This document shows positions 35,601-47,625 of a DNA stretch of 64,000 nt, one piece after another. The notes under the pieces are model-generated. The model was not told the origin of the DNA. It made no database searches and saw only the letters and a program-made list of their open reading frames with translations. The number at the start of each line of letters is the position of its first letter. Position 1 is the first letter of the stretch. The position numbers were made by a program, and so were the translations under genes. The DNA comes from Blasia pusilla (lineage: Eukaryota): positions 5,580,001 through 5,644,000 of the forward strand of contig CM114271.1 in NCBI GenBank assembly GCA_050084515.1. The letters run 5' to 3'.

Positions 35601-38600
35601 CGCAACATGGCGGAGGAGAGCGTAGCCACCATGGGTTCTAGGTGAGGCCATGCCATAGAGACCTGCGCCTTCATATGACGCTCAGCTGCAGCCACCTACG
35701 ATTACTTGTTGGTCATGTCGTGGAGCCCATCATCAACGTGATTGGACTCGTCAGGGGCATGGACGTGTGCCTCAACATGGATGAGGATATGGTGCTGCAC
35801 CAGGAGGTTATAAGTGTGACTATTGTTAGAGGTATGGTTATACATGCGCCAGATGTTTCAGTTCACATCTTGAGTTACATCCGAACCGAGCGCCAGAGAG
35901 GGCACCAGAGCGAGTAGCCGGTTCGGGTGGGCCTAGAGATCGTGCACTAGGTGGTCCTGTTGGGGGACGAGGAGCTGGAGTTGCTCGACAGGGTGGTGGA
36001 GCTGCCCGTGGAGGAGGTAGAGTCCCACCACCTAGATGCATCGAGGGAGACGCCATGCATGAGGCTCGGATGGCTGCTTAGATACAGCAGCTACAGGAGC
36101 AGATTTCCGCTATGGCATTGAGGTCACCCAATGTCGGATCCGTGGCATCGACATCATATGGAGCAGCGAGAGATGTGGAGGATCTTGGTTGGATATGGGG
36201 GGTTGCCCACATGGAGGCCGCCGCAATTGTGAAGCGTGAAGCTGCTGTAGAGTTGGATCCACAGCAAGGGGAAGCCAGGAAACAAACCAGGCTTCCTCAG
36301 TCTTTCACGTTGTCCGAGGCCATGAGGATCCCATTGATGGGTCTTGATCAGAGTTCTTGGTGAGTTGGTGATGTTTTTGGTATGCAAGCAAGGAGGGCGA
36401 TGGGAGAAGCGAGTACAAAGAATCCTATTGCTGATGCTCAAGAGGGGCATATATCGAGCATGTTATTGGGGGCGACCACTGTTGTGTACAACGCTCCTTT
36501 ATTTTCTGCTTTTGATGTTATCACGTTGGGAGGTACACCCACCCGAGGTTTTTCGGTTGGCCGCTACGCTATGTGAGCGTGGAGTTGGAGTTCTTGCATC
36601 ACGTTCAAAGGTGATTGCAGAGGAGGTGATGGAACTGCCCTTGGAACGGATGCTTGGGCCGTCCATGTCATATTCATGGCAGATTGCGGCAGCTAGGATG
36701 GCGGAGATGCCCACTAGACCCGTGATAGAGCGTGCCATATCTTCTCCTAGTATTGTGTTGCTGGATAACTGGGGAGAGGTCTTTCAGTTGGTGCGAAGGG
36801 CTTTACCGAGAGTGGAGCATCCCCCCGATTTTTTGGTGGATTCTATGATGGATCTGGGTTGTCGATCACACGCAGTGAGGCACGATGATCGACCGCGTTG
36901 ATCGTGGTATATAGGATTGGAATGCCATGAGCAGCCTTTCCCACATGGCTGAGTTTTCTCGCTTCTCATGCACTCAAGGAGGCCGGACCTAGCTTGGTTT
37001 GGGAGGTTGGTGGAGCCCAATGTCGATGAGCAAGAGGGAACGATGGGATTCCCCACAGGAGTGACGACAGTACCATCACTATCGTAGGCATCACAACGTC
37101 ATGTCTTGGGTCAGGCGATGGACCTGAACTGCTTGACATGGATTTTCGGCTTAGGAGTAGCTGAGCAAGGTCGTTTGAGGATGCGACAGATCATAAAATT
37201 TGCGTTGATCAGCCCCATACCTACCGAGACGGTTGAGGCAGTGGTTGGGGGCGAGACCCGAGGAGATCGATACACTAGGGATGATTGGGAGAGACACCCT
37301 TCGACTTCTTGGGATGTTTTGCAGGTACGTCAGGAGATGATAACCACAACATCGAGGGTGGTTTCAGGTACTGCACATGGAGATGAGAGTTCTATTCTCC
37401 GAGACAGGGTTGGACCATAGCAACCACCGACATCCGCGTTGGAGAATCCTATTGTAGTCACGATGGAGACTTGGAAGCCAGATATGGGTCCTAAGTTGAT
37501 AAGAGGAGAGCGACGTCAGATACACCAATTCCTTAGAAGTTATAGGAGCAGTTTTGCATATAGTTGCATGATTTGGGTACGCTGAAGGGTCGAGGGATCC
37601 ACATTGAGTTGTCAAGTGACACGCCAATCTTGGACGACCCTACAGGTATAGTGACATGGAGAGGGATTTGATTCAAAGTAGGAGCCAAGAGTTGGTTGGA
37701 GAAGGACTAGTGGAGATGTCGCATAAGTAAGCATCTGCTACTATCATTCCCACCAAGAAGGATGTGCATGGCAACTAGACGGATAGGCGGATATGTGGAG
37801 ATTACCGACCTATCAATCGGCAGACGAAGTCCGATAGGTATGCCATGCCGACCCGTGAGGAGATCTTTGATGCGATTGGGCATGCAAAGGTCTTCAATTC
37901 ATTGGATTTGCAAGCCGGATGCCATCAGCTACCTATCAAATTGGAGGACAGACAGAAGATGGCATGTTGGGGCATCGATCCTCATGGGAAGGATTTTTTG
38001 TACCAATGGCGGTTCTTACCATTCGGGTTAAAGAACGTTATGGCTGAATTTCAAAGGGTTATTGATAGGATCTTGGCATGTCTGGATTTTTCTAGGTGTT
38101 ATATTGATAACATCGTAGTCTTTAGCAATGTCGTATAGTAAAATCAGCCAATGTGTAAACTCCTTCCTTGTTAAGTGTTAGAAAGAGTTTTATTAATATT
38201 AAATAAATTAGCTTAGGAAAAGGAAATTCACATATTTAAACCTCTTTATGGTGCCTCTTTTATGCAGGCCCAACTTTAGGAAAAAGAGATAATAAATAAA
38301 AGATGACTTTATAAAAGTAAAGTAGTGAGGTTGGTGTTTTAATGAAAAGAAAAAGTAGGCTTGGTTGGTGGCTAGGTTAGTTGGGGTAATTTGGAAAATA
38401 TCAAGTGGATAAAAGAGGATATTTTGGAAGAGATAAGAGGAAATCTATTTGTGTTAAAATGTGATTGGCTAAACCTTGAGAGGAAGCCATGTGGCACAAA
38501 ATAAGATTAGCTATATTTCGTACTCTTGTGGATCACTTGTGAGTATATAAAGAGGATGGAACTTCAAGGTTTCATCACCTTTTATTCCACATCTTGAGTC

Positions 38601-39689
38601 TCTCGTGTCACTCTTGAATGTATGGCTTTGAGATTTTTTGCTCTTCCAATGAGAGTGGATCATCCGTCTTGGAGAGTAACTTGACCATGGTCTATTCTTT
38701 GAGAGGTTTCTAGAGTGTGGTGTGTGTGTGGAGATGAGAGGTTTGTCACCTTAGAAGAGTTTGGTCATACTAAAATAGTGAATGTTTTGGCTTGTTACTT
38801 TCCCAATGAGAGTGGATTATCCCTCTTGGGAGAATAACTCCGCCAAAACTTATTCTTGAGGAGAGTAGAGAATGTTTGTCAAACATGGATAGGGATGGAG
38901 CAGGAGTTGTGACCGACTTTCCTTTCCTCAATCCATACCATGTCTACCACTGGTTCACTCACTATTTAGTTTATCATTTTCGAGAGGCGTTCATGAACCA
39001 TGTCATTCAATCTCCAACTCCGGTGATTCTTCCTATCGTCACATATTGAAGGACATGGGATTGTGCTTTGTATGTCCTTATATAACGATCCATGGACATC
39101 AATAGGCTTGCTCAAGTAGGGTTTAACACTGGTTGTACTATCTTCCTCGTGTACAAGCGTAAGGTAGTTTATAGGGACTTTATAGTTAGAAATTTTGGGG
39201 TCCGATGTTACGAAGAAGTGATCGCCTCGACACTTTCATTTGTGATACCTATCGTGAGAGAATGGAGAGTATACATAATAATTTTGTATTGAAAAAGGAG
39301 AACTTCTTAGAGAGTTCACCTTGCATCGACCATGTCTGCCGCAGCTAGAAGGCCTACCCTTACTCGAAGAAAGGCTCTCGACATGACAATGTCACATTTG
39401 AGGAGCATGAGCGACATCTAGAGGAGATGCTTCGACGATTACAGTTATATGGGCTGAAGCTACATCAAGGCAAGTGCAAGTTCTTCTACAACTAGATTGA
39501 GTACTTGAGTCATACGATATACCCAGGAGGCCTTGGTGTGCAACAGACGAAGATAGAGGCTATTTCACGCATTCTACGCCCTACAGATATGAGTCGAGTT
39601 CGTGCATTCATAAGATTGGCAAACTTCTATCGACAGTACGTCAAGGGTTTCAGTTTGATTGTAAAGCCGCTAACCTTGATGACCAAGGT
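32609..39689 (+). mobile_element. Degenerate, 3'-truncated relative of the DNMT-bearing Ty3/Gypsy element
   Basis: Starts TGTCAC. Gag contains MFQHLEGVPMDDYHEF (35073) and two decayed zinc knuckles (~35705-35855). PEVFRLAATLCE...SIVLLDN lies at 36540-36770. An internal deletion at ~36800 removes the protease and DNMT motifs I-VIII, but DNMT motifs IX-X remain (MGFPTG...VLGQAMDLNCLTW, ~37010-37150). RT (MPTREEIFDAIGHAKVFNSLDL...YIDN, 37845-38128) resumes after 39388. Confidence 0.85.
38129..39388. mobile_element. ~1.26-kb solo LTR inserted in the RT of the 32609 element
   Basis: Begins TGTCGTAT and ends ACATGACA (TG...CA with imperfect inverted ends), with a TATA-like gagtatataaag at ~38543. 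The host RT (..VFS / ..TFEEHERHL) continues across it. A direct repeat caatgtc overlaps both junctions, so the exact TSD is ambiguous. Confidence 0.7.
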
Positions 39690-40155
39690 CGTCGTATGCC
39701 TACTCTCCTTGAACATCAATCTTAGTATTGGGGAAGCGTACGTTCAGTAGGACACACTCTCATCACCAACCTGCACCCAAACACACTCACGTTAGTCTGG
39801 CTTAGGATCAAGCGGCCTTCCAACCCACCGAGTCCTCAACTTGGCATCTCATCTAGCTCAACCTTCCCTCATTCCTAGGTTCCCTACACAGGCGAGCCTT
39901 CTGAGACTTGGGACAAACTTTCTGGTTATTTCGGGCATCTGAAACGGCCTTTGTGCGCCTAGCGGTCCCAACTGTCCAACAGACCTTGCATGAGCCCCGA
40001 ACCAAGACTCAAAAATATGAGTCGTAAGTTGGAATCCAATAGGGATCTCCGAAATCCCTCTATTGAACTTGGTTTGGGTTTTGAAGCCCAACACCAAACT
40101 CACGATCCGTTCTGTGCCCTTGGGTCACCACGCAGCGCCCAAAGTGGGGTTTCGG
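39690..40155 (-). mobile_element. Partial LTR (3' part) related to the nested chromovirus LTR; truncates the 32609 element
   Basis: gtcgtatgcctactctccttgaacatcaatc...gcgcccaaagtggggtttcg is a diverged reverse complement of the last ~470 bp of the LTR 52491-53511. Confidence 0.8.
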
Positions 40156-40719
40156 AGTACAATTCAAACCAAATCTATTCATTCTCCATTAAAATTCAAT
40201 TTCCCTTTCCATTATGTATGAATCGAGGCACCTATAAATTTATTTATCTAACATTTTCAAATCTATGCAAATCTTCCATTATTTTCCTTTACAATTCAAT
40301 TCAAACATAACTTTTCCTTCATTAATCTTGGAAAAAAATTTCATCCCTTTTCCAATCCCCATATTTCAGAAAATAAGAGAAATCACTTATTTTGATGAGT
40401 TAGTAATAAAAAATTTAAATTTATATCAAAAAAATTATTGAATTATGGTATCTTCCACCTTATCCAAGGATGTATAACCCAAGAGAAAATTTTCATCCAT
40501 TTCATGAACTCACTTCATGGACAACATTTGTGATGGGCTCACATTTACAAGTTTCCTTAGTGGAATATTTTGATTTTTTTTGAAAAAGTTTTAACAACAA
40601 ATAAGGAGTACCCCACAGAACATCTGGATTGAGAGGAACCCACTACAAAAAAACATTACAAAGATATAAATATCAGCTCATTCTCTCTAATCATATTCAT
40701 TGTCTGATATATGTAATAT

Positions 40720-42463
40720 TTATGTCGACGTCTCACCATTTCTTCCTCCTCTTCCCCTACCTCTTGTCACGCGCGTCCCACCTCCACGAAGAATAGTCCA
40801 ACTCAACATCAACTTCACCATCATCAGTTTCTTGTGTTGGTTGTGTCGAAAACATCTCCCACTCTCTCTTGAAGAATCCAAAGAGTTCCTTCTGCATTCG
40901 ACAAGGGTAATAGTATGTTCGAGGATATCCGCCTTCAGTCCTTTCAGGAATATCTTGCCAAAAGAAAGTGGCAAGATCAATTCGAGTCTCTTCAAAACAA
41001 GCCCATCCATCAATGGATTTTGATGGTGGTTTAGCACAAGTTTTCGAGTTGTGTTGAGGGCGTCTCAAACTTCTTGTAAATTCAACCCTTGAGCAAAGAA
41101 GAAGTTTTCCGCCTCTCGATTTTGGAGATTAATGGTTGTTCCGTGGATAAGCTCTCCTCGATCGTACATGTCAATGAAGCGAACCAACCACGCTTCCATT
41201 GCTCGATTAATCCTCCGCTAGCAAGGGATTTCTGCTTGAACCACCCCTTCTGTGTTCATTTCGGGGTTATAGTTCGATCGAGGGCTACGATGTCCCAAAC
41301 TTAAAGTGAAATTTTCTTGCTCTTGGGTTAATTTGCGATAAGTGGGTGATGTATTCTCATGAAGAGCGCGGAAAGATATGCCGAAAAGGTGATAGAGTCT
41401 TCCTCACCAAGCTTGTCTAGAAGTTGGACACTTGTGAGATAGTAGCATGGCCTTTTGAAGACAATATGGATGCCAATAACAAGCTTTACATGTGTCTCTC
41501 ACGTAACATCCTTCTGCAATGATGGGGTTAAAGCATATCATGCATTTGGGCCAGTTGTTTGGCATGAGGGCCCCTCCTTCACATACTGCAATTGCCTTCA
41601 TTCAATCCGGAAGATCTTGCATTGGTGTGTTCAGATTAAGAGGCGTTGGTGCCAACATCATAGAGGCATAGTTCGCAACGTTTGGATCTACGACATTGTC
41701 CCATACTGCACGTAGAGCTGGAGGCCACAATTGCTCGATAGGTTGAAATAAGATCATATCAACCTTCTTCACGAGACGAACCTCAAGTAGGGTTGTCTCA
41801 GGGGTGAATCCTCCCACGTGGCCTCTTGCTCTCCATTGCAACAATTCATCCATTTCTTGATGTCATCTTGCCATGATGTTCTCGTATGCTCTCCTCCACT
41901 ACTCTGTGTGGTCAACCATTACAACTCTTTGCCTTCTATGGAGGTCATCTCTGGTAATAGATTCATTCAAAAGCCTCTCCATCTCTTTCTTCAATCTGAT
42001 GTGCTCCTCACATAGCTGTTGATACTTCCTCTTCAAAACGTTGAATTCTGCGGCCAAATCAAAATTGCGTTGGGAATTTGTTACTAAACTCTCCAACTAT
42101 GATAGACGAGACATTACCTCTTTATTATCTGGAGCACTCTCCCCATGAAAGGTTTGGGGAGGAGCATCGCTATGCATAGGGCCATCAGAATTCTCCCCGG
42201 GCTCATCAAAGCTCGTACTATGACCTACATAGAGGTTATTCAAACCATCTCATCTATTCTCCGCCCCTATCTGTGCTCGCCCTTCATCTCCACGCTCGTC
42301 TTGTATATATTCTTCAGCACGACGATTTCTTCTTTGACCATCCAAGGAAGATAGTATGGATCCAAGGCTCTTTGACAATCCACCTTTCTTATAAAAGCAT
42401 GATGAAGCTTCCACTCTTGCTTGTTTAAAGTATTGTCGTGGTCTTCTACTATCTTCTTCTCTT
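40720..42463 (-). pseudogene. 3' part of a decayed ORF with a coiled-coil segment and a RING-like zinc finger; 5' part at 56813-57236
   Basis: CMICFNPIIAEGCYVRDTCKACYWHPYCLQKAMLLSHKCPTS (~41413-41544) has RING-like Cys/His spacing. A coiled-coil-like segment FNVLKRKYQQLCEEHIRLKKEMERLL lies at 41899-42096. There are many stops. Confidence 0.5.
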
Positions 42464-42940
42464 TGTCACATCTCAGTAGCCGATAGGTCGAGATCTATCG
42501 TAGGTAGGGCGTAGGAGCCAGCGGACTATCTTGAGCATAACTTTGTCCCACGATGTCGGATGAGGTTGAGGATAGGTCCATTGTGTCAGGAACGTCGTTT
42601 TTGACAACTTTCATGTTGAGGTCTTTTATAGCCGGGTGACTTGTTGACCAGGTCACCCGCCCCTGGTAACCTGTGCGCGGGTTACCAAGGGAGGGCTATT
42701 TTTAGGGGAAGAGCCTTTTGGCTCTTCCCAACCCTATATAAGAGAGGAAGATGGCTTTTCTAAGCCATCTTTCTCATGTTGGGCCGTTGGAGCACCTCCC
42801 TTGTATGTGTGTGAGCTGGGACTAGGGTGCTAGCGTCCGGATTCCTTGATAGCACAGGGTGGACGAGGCTCGATATGCCGATGTAGATTGAGGAGTGGAG
42901 TTTTAGGCCGGGTGTGCCGTTTTTACTACTCTTTATTTTT
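42464..42940 (+). repeat. Terminal repeat A1 (LTR-like, ~477 bp) with TATA box
   Basis: About 95% identical by manual count to 56194-56672; tatataag at 42735. Confidence 0.92.
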
Positions 42941-43870
42941 ACATGAGAAAGATGCCAGGGGGCTGGCGGGAATTCATTTTTTGCAGGTAGGCAAGCAAGT
43001 TGCCTTGTTTGGGAGCCCCAGGAGACGCGTGTGTTGCGGGTGTTGTTCATTTTTATGTTCGGAAGGCCGTGGACGGAAGCACTGTCCATTTTTCTCAGAT
43101 TTTGCTGGTACGAATTGACGTGGGACAGCAGCCGAGTGTAGTGTGTGGTGGAGCGTCGGGTGTACGCGAGTGAGGGTGTCGAGAGAGAGAAGAAAAGAGA
43201 GCTGACGGGCGGCGACGGGAGCTGACGGGTGGCGACAGCGGACAGCGGACGGCGGACGGCGAGCCCCCCTTCCCCCTCTCTCCTCTCTCCTTCCGTAGGC
43301 AGGCGCGCAGGGAGGCCACGGGCCGGACGGGCCCCCCCCCCACCGTCAACATGCACTCATGTGGAGGAGTGCATGTTGACGGTGCAGCAAGTTGGAGGGC
43401 GTGATCAGGTTACCCATTCGATTCACTTATCGTGTGTGATTGAGAGTGATGGGTATCGGGTAGTAGCTGGTGCTAGATGGGATCAGTGATGGTGACGAGT
43501 GTAGATTCTTTTCATGTGTAGTATGTTGGTGGATATATGGCGGTTGTCGAGTAGTGGTCGCGTGTATGACCCTAGAGAGTGTTGCTAGGTTAGGTGAGTC
43601 AGTTGGGAGGCTCATGGTGAGCCCGAGTGTTGAGCGTGCGTGAGGGCGGGTATGTCATCATGAGATTGATGTTAGCAGAGGTGAGCTAGTGAGGCGTGTG
43701 GGAGAGTCTTGGTAAGTCTGAGTGCTTGAGCGGGTGAGACAGGGTTTGTCATCATGGCGTTCTTCCAGGGTTCGGAAGAACGGGGTAGTACGAGCAGTAG
43801 TAGTGGTGTGACACGGAGTGGAGTAAGATACCGAGGGGTTACCAGTGAGGAGCTCCCTTGACATCCATCC

Positions 43871-45003
43871 ATGGTTGGATCGTCATCACTAGACACTGGG
43901 TCTGGTGACGAGATCACAGATAGAGACAGTAGTACGTGGCAGGAGATGGACGAGATGGGCCATCGGGGCATGCGTCGTTTCTCGGGTGAAGTGGGCACCA
44001 TTGACTTAGATGATTTTATCCAGGAGTTCGACACATGGTGCGACTTCCAGGAGATACGGACCCCGACACGGTTCAACCCTTTCATGGCATGGAAGGGGTT
44101 GTTCCAGCACTTGGAGGGTCCCCCGATGGATGACTACATGGAGTTTCGATCACTATATTCAGTAGAGATCGATGCTTGGAGGATGTATTGGGCTCCAGGG
44201 TATGTGTCCACTAGTGGTCGCGAGGCATATGATGGGATTGTTAGAGGAGAGAGACCCATACCATCAGCCCTGAGACTAGATGGAGAGGAGGGCAGTGAGA
44301 CAGGCGATGTGGCAGAGACCTCTGGTGGTAGAGGGCTACCTAGCTTCAGCCCCACAGTGGAGTTCTTCTGACAGTTGGGGAAGAGCTACCAGGGCGTACG
44401 CACCAACAAGCTGAATAGTCTACAGGATTTTCAGCGACGATCGGGTGAGAGTCTGAGAGAGGCATTCACACGCATGAGGAGGCTGATCATTGCTACGTTT
44501 GGAGTGACTGAGGTGCAATCAGTCCAGTATTGGTACGGGGTTCTGGACCGAGAACTACGGAGGAGAGTCCGAGATGTGGTGCTGATTCACACAGCGAAGC
44601 CCACATTGAAGGTGGTCTTTGAGTTGTCTGAGCGTATTGAGCTCAACATGAGTGAGGAGCAGGTAGTGACCGCTGGATTTTCTCGAGAGTCGACGGGTCC
44701 ACGAGCGACGGTGATCCCACAGGTGCCACAACGAGCACCAGTTCCACGGGAGCGGGCCAGTGTGCTAGAGAGTAGGGCGCGTACCGTGAGCCTATGAGGC
44801 AACGACCTACACCTACATATGTTGCCCAACAGGGATCGATGTGGTCTTGTTGGACGTGTGGAGGGGCCCATAGGCAGAGAGACTGCCCACAGCATGGGAG
44901 AGGACCACCAACGCCTCTGATTGCTCAGGAGCCACTGAGGATGGCCCCACCACAGCACTAGTGTGACTATTGCCACAGATATGGTCACACTAGGGAAAGA
45001 TGT
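43871..45003 (+). pseudogene. Gag with two zinc knuckles (decayed)
   Basis: ORFs 43871-44371 and 44375-44797 are in the same frame, separated by a TGA. Knuckles CWTCGGAHRQRDC (44848-44886) and CDYCHRYGHTRERC (44962-45003). Confidence 0.85.
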
Positions 45004-45869
45004 TTTGACCTTCGCCGAGGGGCACGTCCAGAGCTAGGCCGAGGGCCTGGGGGCGGTCGTCCTGGAGGAGGTTGGGGAGTTCTTCTTGGACGTGGTGGTA
45101 GAGGACCACCACCAGCCAGAGGAGATGGAGCAGGAGCACCATAGCCGACACTTCTCTCACGCATCGATCAGTTGGAGCAGAGGATTGCTGTCATGACGAT
45201 GATGCAGCTTAGGGAAGGCACGGAGCTGCGAGCAACTAGTGTGACTCTAGCTTCTACCTCTTACCCTGACCCGGGTGAGGATCTCGCCATTATGGGATTT
45301 ATGTGTAGTGCAGCCCAGGTTGAGGCACCTGCAGTGGTGACTCGGGGTGCTTTAAGAGGCACCGAGCCATCGAGAGGTGGAGTTGAGATTGACCCACAAG
45401 AGGGGACCGATGGGCGGCAGGCCAGGGTTCCACAGTCGTTCACATTGTCGGAGGCACTACACACACCATTGATGGTGCCTTGACGACTAGCAATGCCTAC
45501 AATTCAGGCACCTACGTGGACGTCACGAGGAGCTGGAGTGAAAACTCCTATGCCGGCTCGAGTGGAGTCAATGTCGACCATAGTGTTGGAGGTGGGCACC
45601 AGAGTGAGTCAGACTCCACTATTTTCCGCCATAGAGTTGGCGACGTTGGGAGTTGGACCAGTTGAGGTGTTCCGGTTGGCCGCCACGTTGTGTGAGCATG
45701 GAGAGATGATTGCTTCTTGTTCAGAGGTAGTTGAGGAGGTGGTGGACTTGCCCTCAGAGCCGGTGCTTGGGATGTTCCCCACAGAGTCATGGCATGCGGC
45801 GGCGGTGAAGTTGGTAGATATGCCAGCTCGATCGGCCATAGAGCAAGCAGTGGTGACACCTGGAGTAGT

Positions 45870-46290
45870 GTTACTGGATAACCGAGCTGGAGTATTTTGC
45901 TTGGTTAGTCCAACGGGGACAGTAAACCACCCGCAACGCGTCCTACTTGATTCGGGAGCGCAACCCTTGATGTTAGGGAAGGCGGCGTGTTTAGCGTTGG
46001 GGTTACGGAAGGCGGACATTGAGCCTTGTCCCTTCCAGATACAGACCTTGATTGGGGGCGTATCACCCACTCAGTATATGACTCGAGAGGAGATTGTTGT
46101 CAGAGTCCAGCCAGAGCATGCAACGGATAGTGCTATGGTGCGCACACATGCGATTACGACACCAGCTGAGTCGTACGATGTGTTGGTGGGGAGTACAGTG
46201 TTATATCCCCTAGGATTCATCCTTGACTTCTAGGAGGAGACTATTGCTTATCGGCCAGGATGGCGGTCAGGTGACAGCCGGATGAGTGAG
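45870..46290 (+). pseudogene. Retropepsin (aspartic protease) domain
   Basis: RVLLDSGAQPLMLG (DSG at 45949-45957) and C-terminal YDVLVG...LGFILDF. Confidence 0.88.
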
Positions 46291-46659
46291 TTACCCGTGC
46301 AGTTTGCGGGACAAGGTGGTCGATCACGAGGCGAGTCTGTGACCACGTTGGCAGCTTTCACAGGTAGTGTTAGCTGGCCAAGAGAGTTTTTGGAGGGGAA
46401 CGGACATGCGGAGGATGTCCCAGTAGCGGATAGTCCCACGGAGAGACAGGCCATGGCCGGTGTCTCTTCCCATGTTGGCGAGGCCTCTTCACCATTGTGG
46501 GGTACGACTCGAGAGCTACAGAGGAGTGCCGACGACCTCGTGAGGCAGGCGTGGAGTCATGTTTTTATCCCAAAGCCGGGAGAGTCACGTGGCGATCGGG
46601 ATCTTAGAGTGGAGACGATGACCCCACTAGATACCATACCTGTTGTGTGGCAGTGCCCA

Positions 46660-47625
46660 GAGGAGGGTGTTAGGGTGTTAGATCTCTTTGGAGGGATAAG
46701 CACCGGATTGGATGTACTATTGCAGGCGGGCATACGGGTGCATCAGTACCTTTATGTGGAGAGAGATGAGACCGCGCGGCGAGTGTCATTACGTCACGTG
46801 GCGAGATTGGTCTAGAGGTATCCTGAGTTGTTTTCGGTATCTGCAATACGGGGATACCAGCATACGCTACCCGCCGACATCTCTTTGGTGGGGGCGCAGG
46901 ATCTGGATAGAGTTGGCACCATTCATTTGGTGATTTCTGGATGGCCATGTCAGGGTCATTCATCAGCTGGCTGAGGATTTGGATTGCAGGATCCGAGGTC
47001 ATGGATGTTTTGGGAGATGTTGCGAGTATTACGACACTTGCAGGAGAGTTAGATATGTTCTCCAGCGTATATTTTGGAGAACGTGCCATTTTTGGGAGAC
47101 ACACGTGCCCGTGTGACGAGTGTACATCAGGTGAGGTCTTGGTTGGGACCTGCTGTGTTGTTAGATGCAGCGAGAGTTGGGTCACGTGCCCATCGTCCAA
47201 GACTATGGTGGACAAACCTGATACCATCAAAGGTACTGAGTCGAGTATACAGTGGAGTCCAGAGAGCACCACATCTCACAGTGGATGCTATTTTGGGCTC
47301 AAGGCGTCGATTTCAGGTGGTGACACGGTAGACCACCGTTGGCCATGGCCAATAGGGTGGGGGAGTTGAGGGCAGCCTTACCTACGTTGGTGAGCTTCCC
47401 AGCATCCCTTTCGTCAAGGAGGTGCCTTTCGTCAAGGAGGGCCAGGCATGATATGGGATAAGGTGATCGGAGCATTGGAGGAGCCTACAGTAGATGAGCG
47501 CGAGCGCGCCATGGGGTTCACTACCGGTACTACGGCGGAGCCAGGGATGACTGAGGCATCACGGAGACAGGTGTTGGGGCAGGCGATGGACCTCAACTGT
47601 CTCACATGGGTAGTCAGCCTAGGTA
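46660..47625 (+). pseudogene. DNMT3-like C5 cytosine DNA methyltransferase domain embedded in Pol
   Basis: In the protease frame: motif I VLDLFGGISTG (46675), II YLYVERD, III ADIS, IV ISGWPCQG (PC at 46945-46950), VI YILENV (ENV at 47077-47085) and VIII DAARVGSRAHRPRLWWTNL (to 47220). After a frameshift come IX-X, ERERAMGF...SRRQVLGQAMDLNCLTWVV. In-frame stops occur at 46813, 46972 and 47050. Confidence 0.9.

Noticed and set aside
42941-42970. Possible primer-binding site after A1 (acatgagaaagatgccagggggc)
   Set aside because: There is no TGG-initiated match to a tRNA 3' end that I can recognise; a tRNA-fragment search is needed.
46660-47625. Bacterial contamination or a restriction-modification methylase
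   Set aside because: The domain is in frame with a retroviral-type protease inside a TSD-flanked retroelement, its motifs are DNMT3-like, and it recurs in a sister element.
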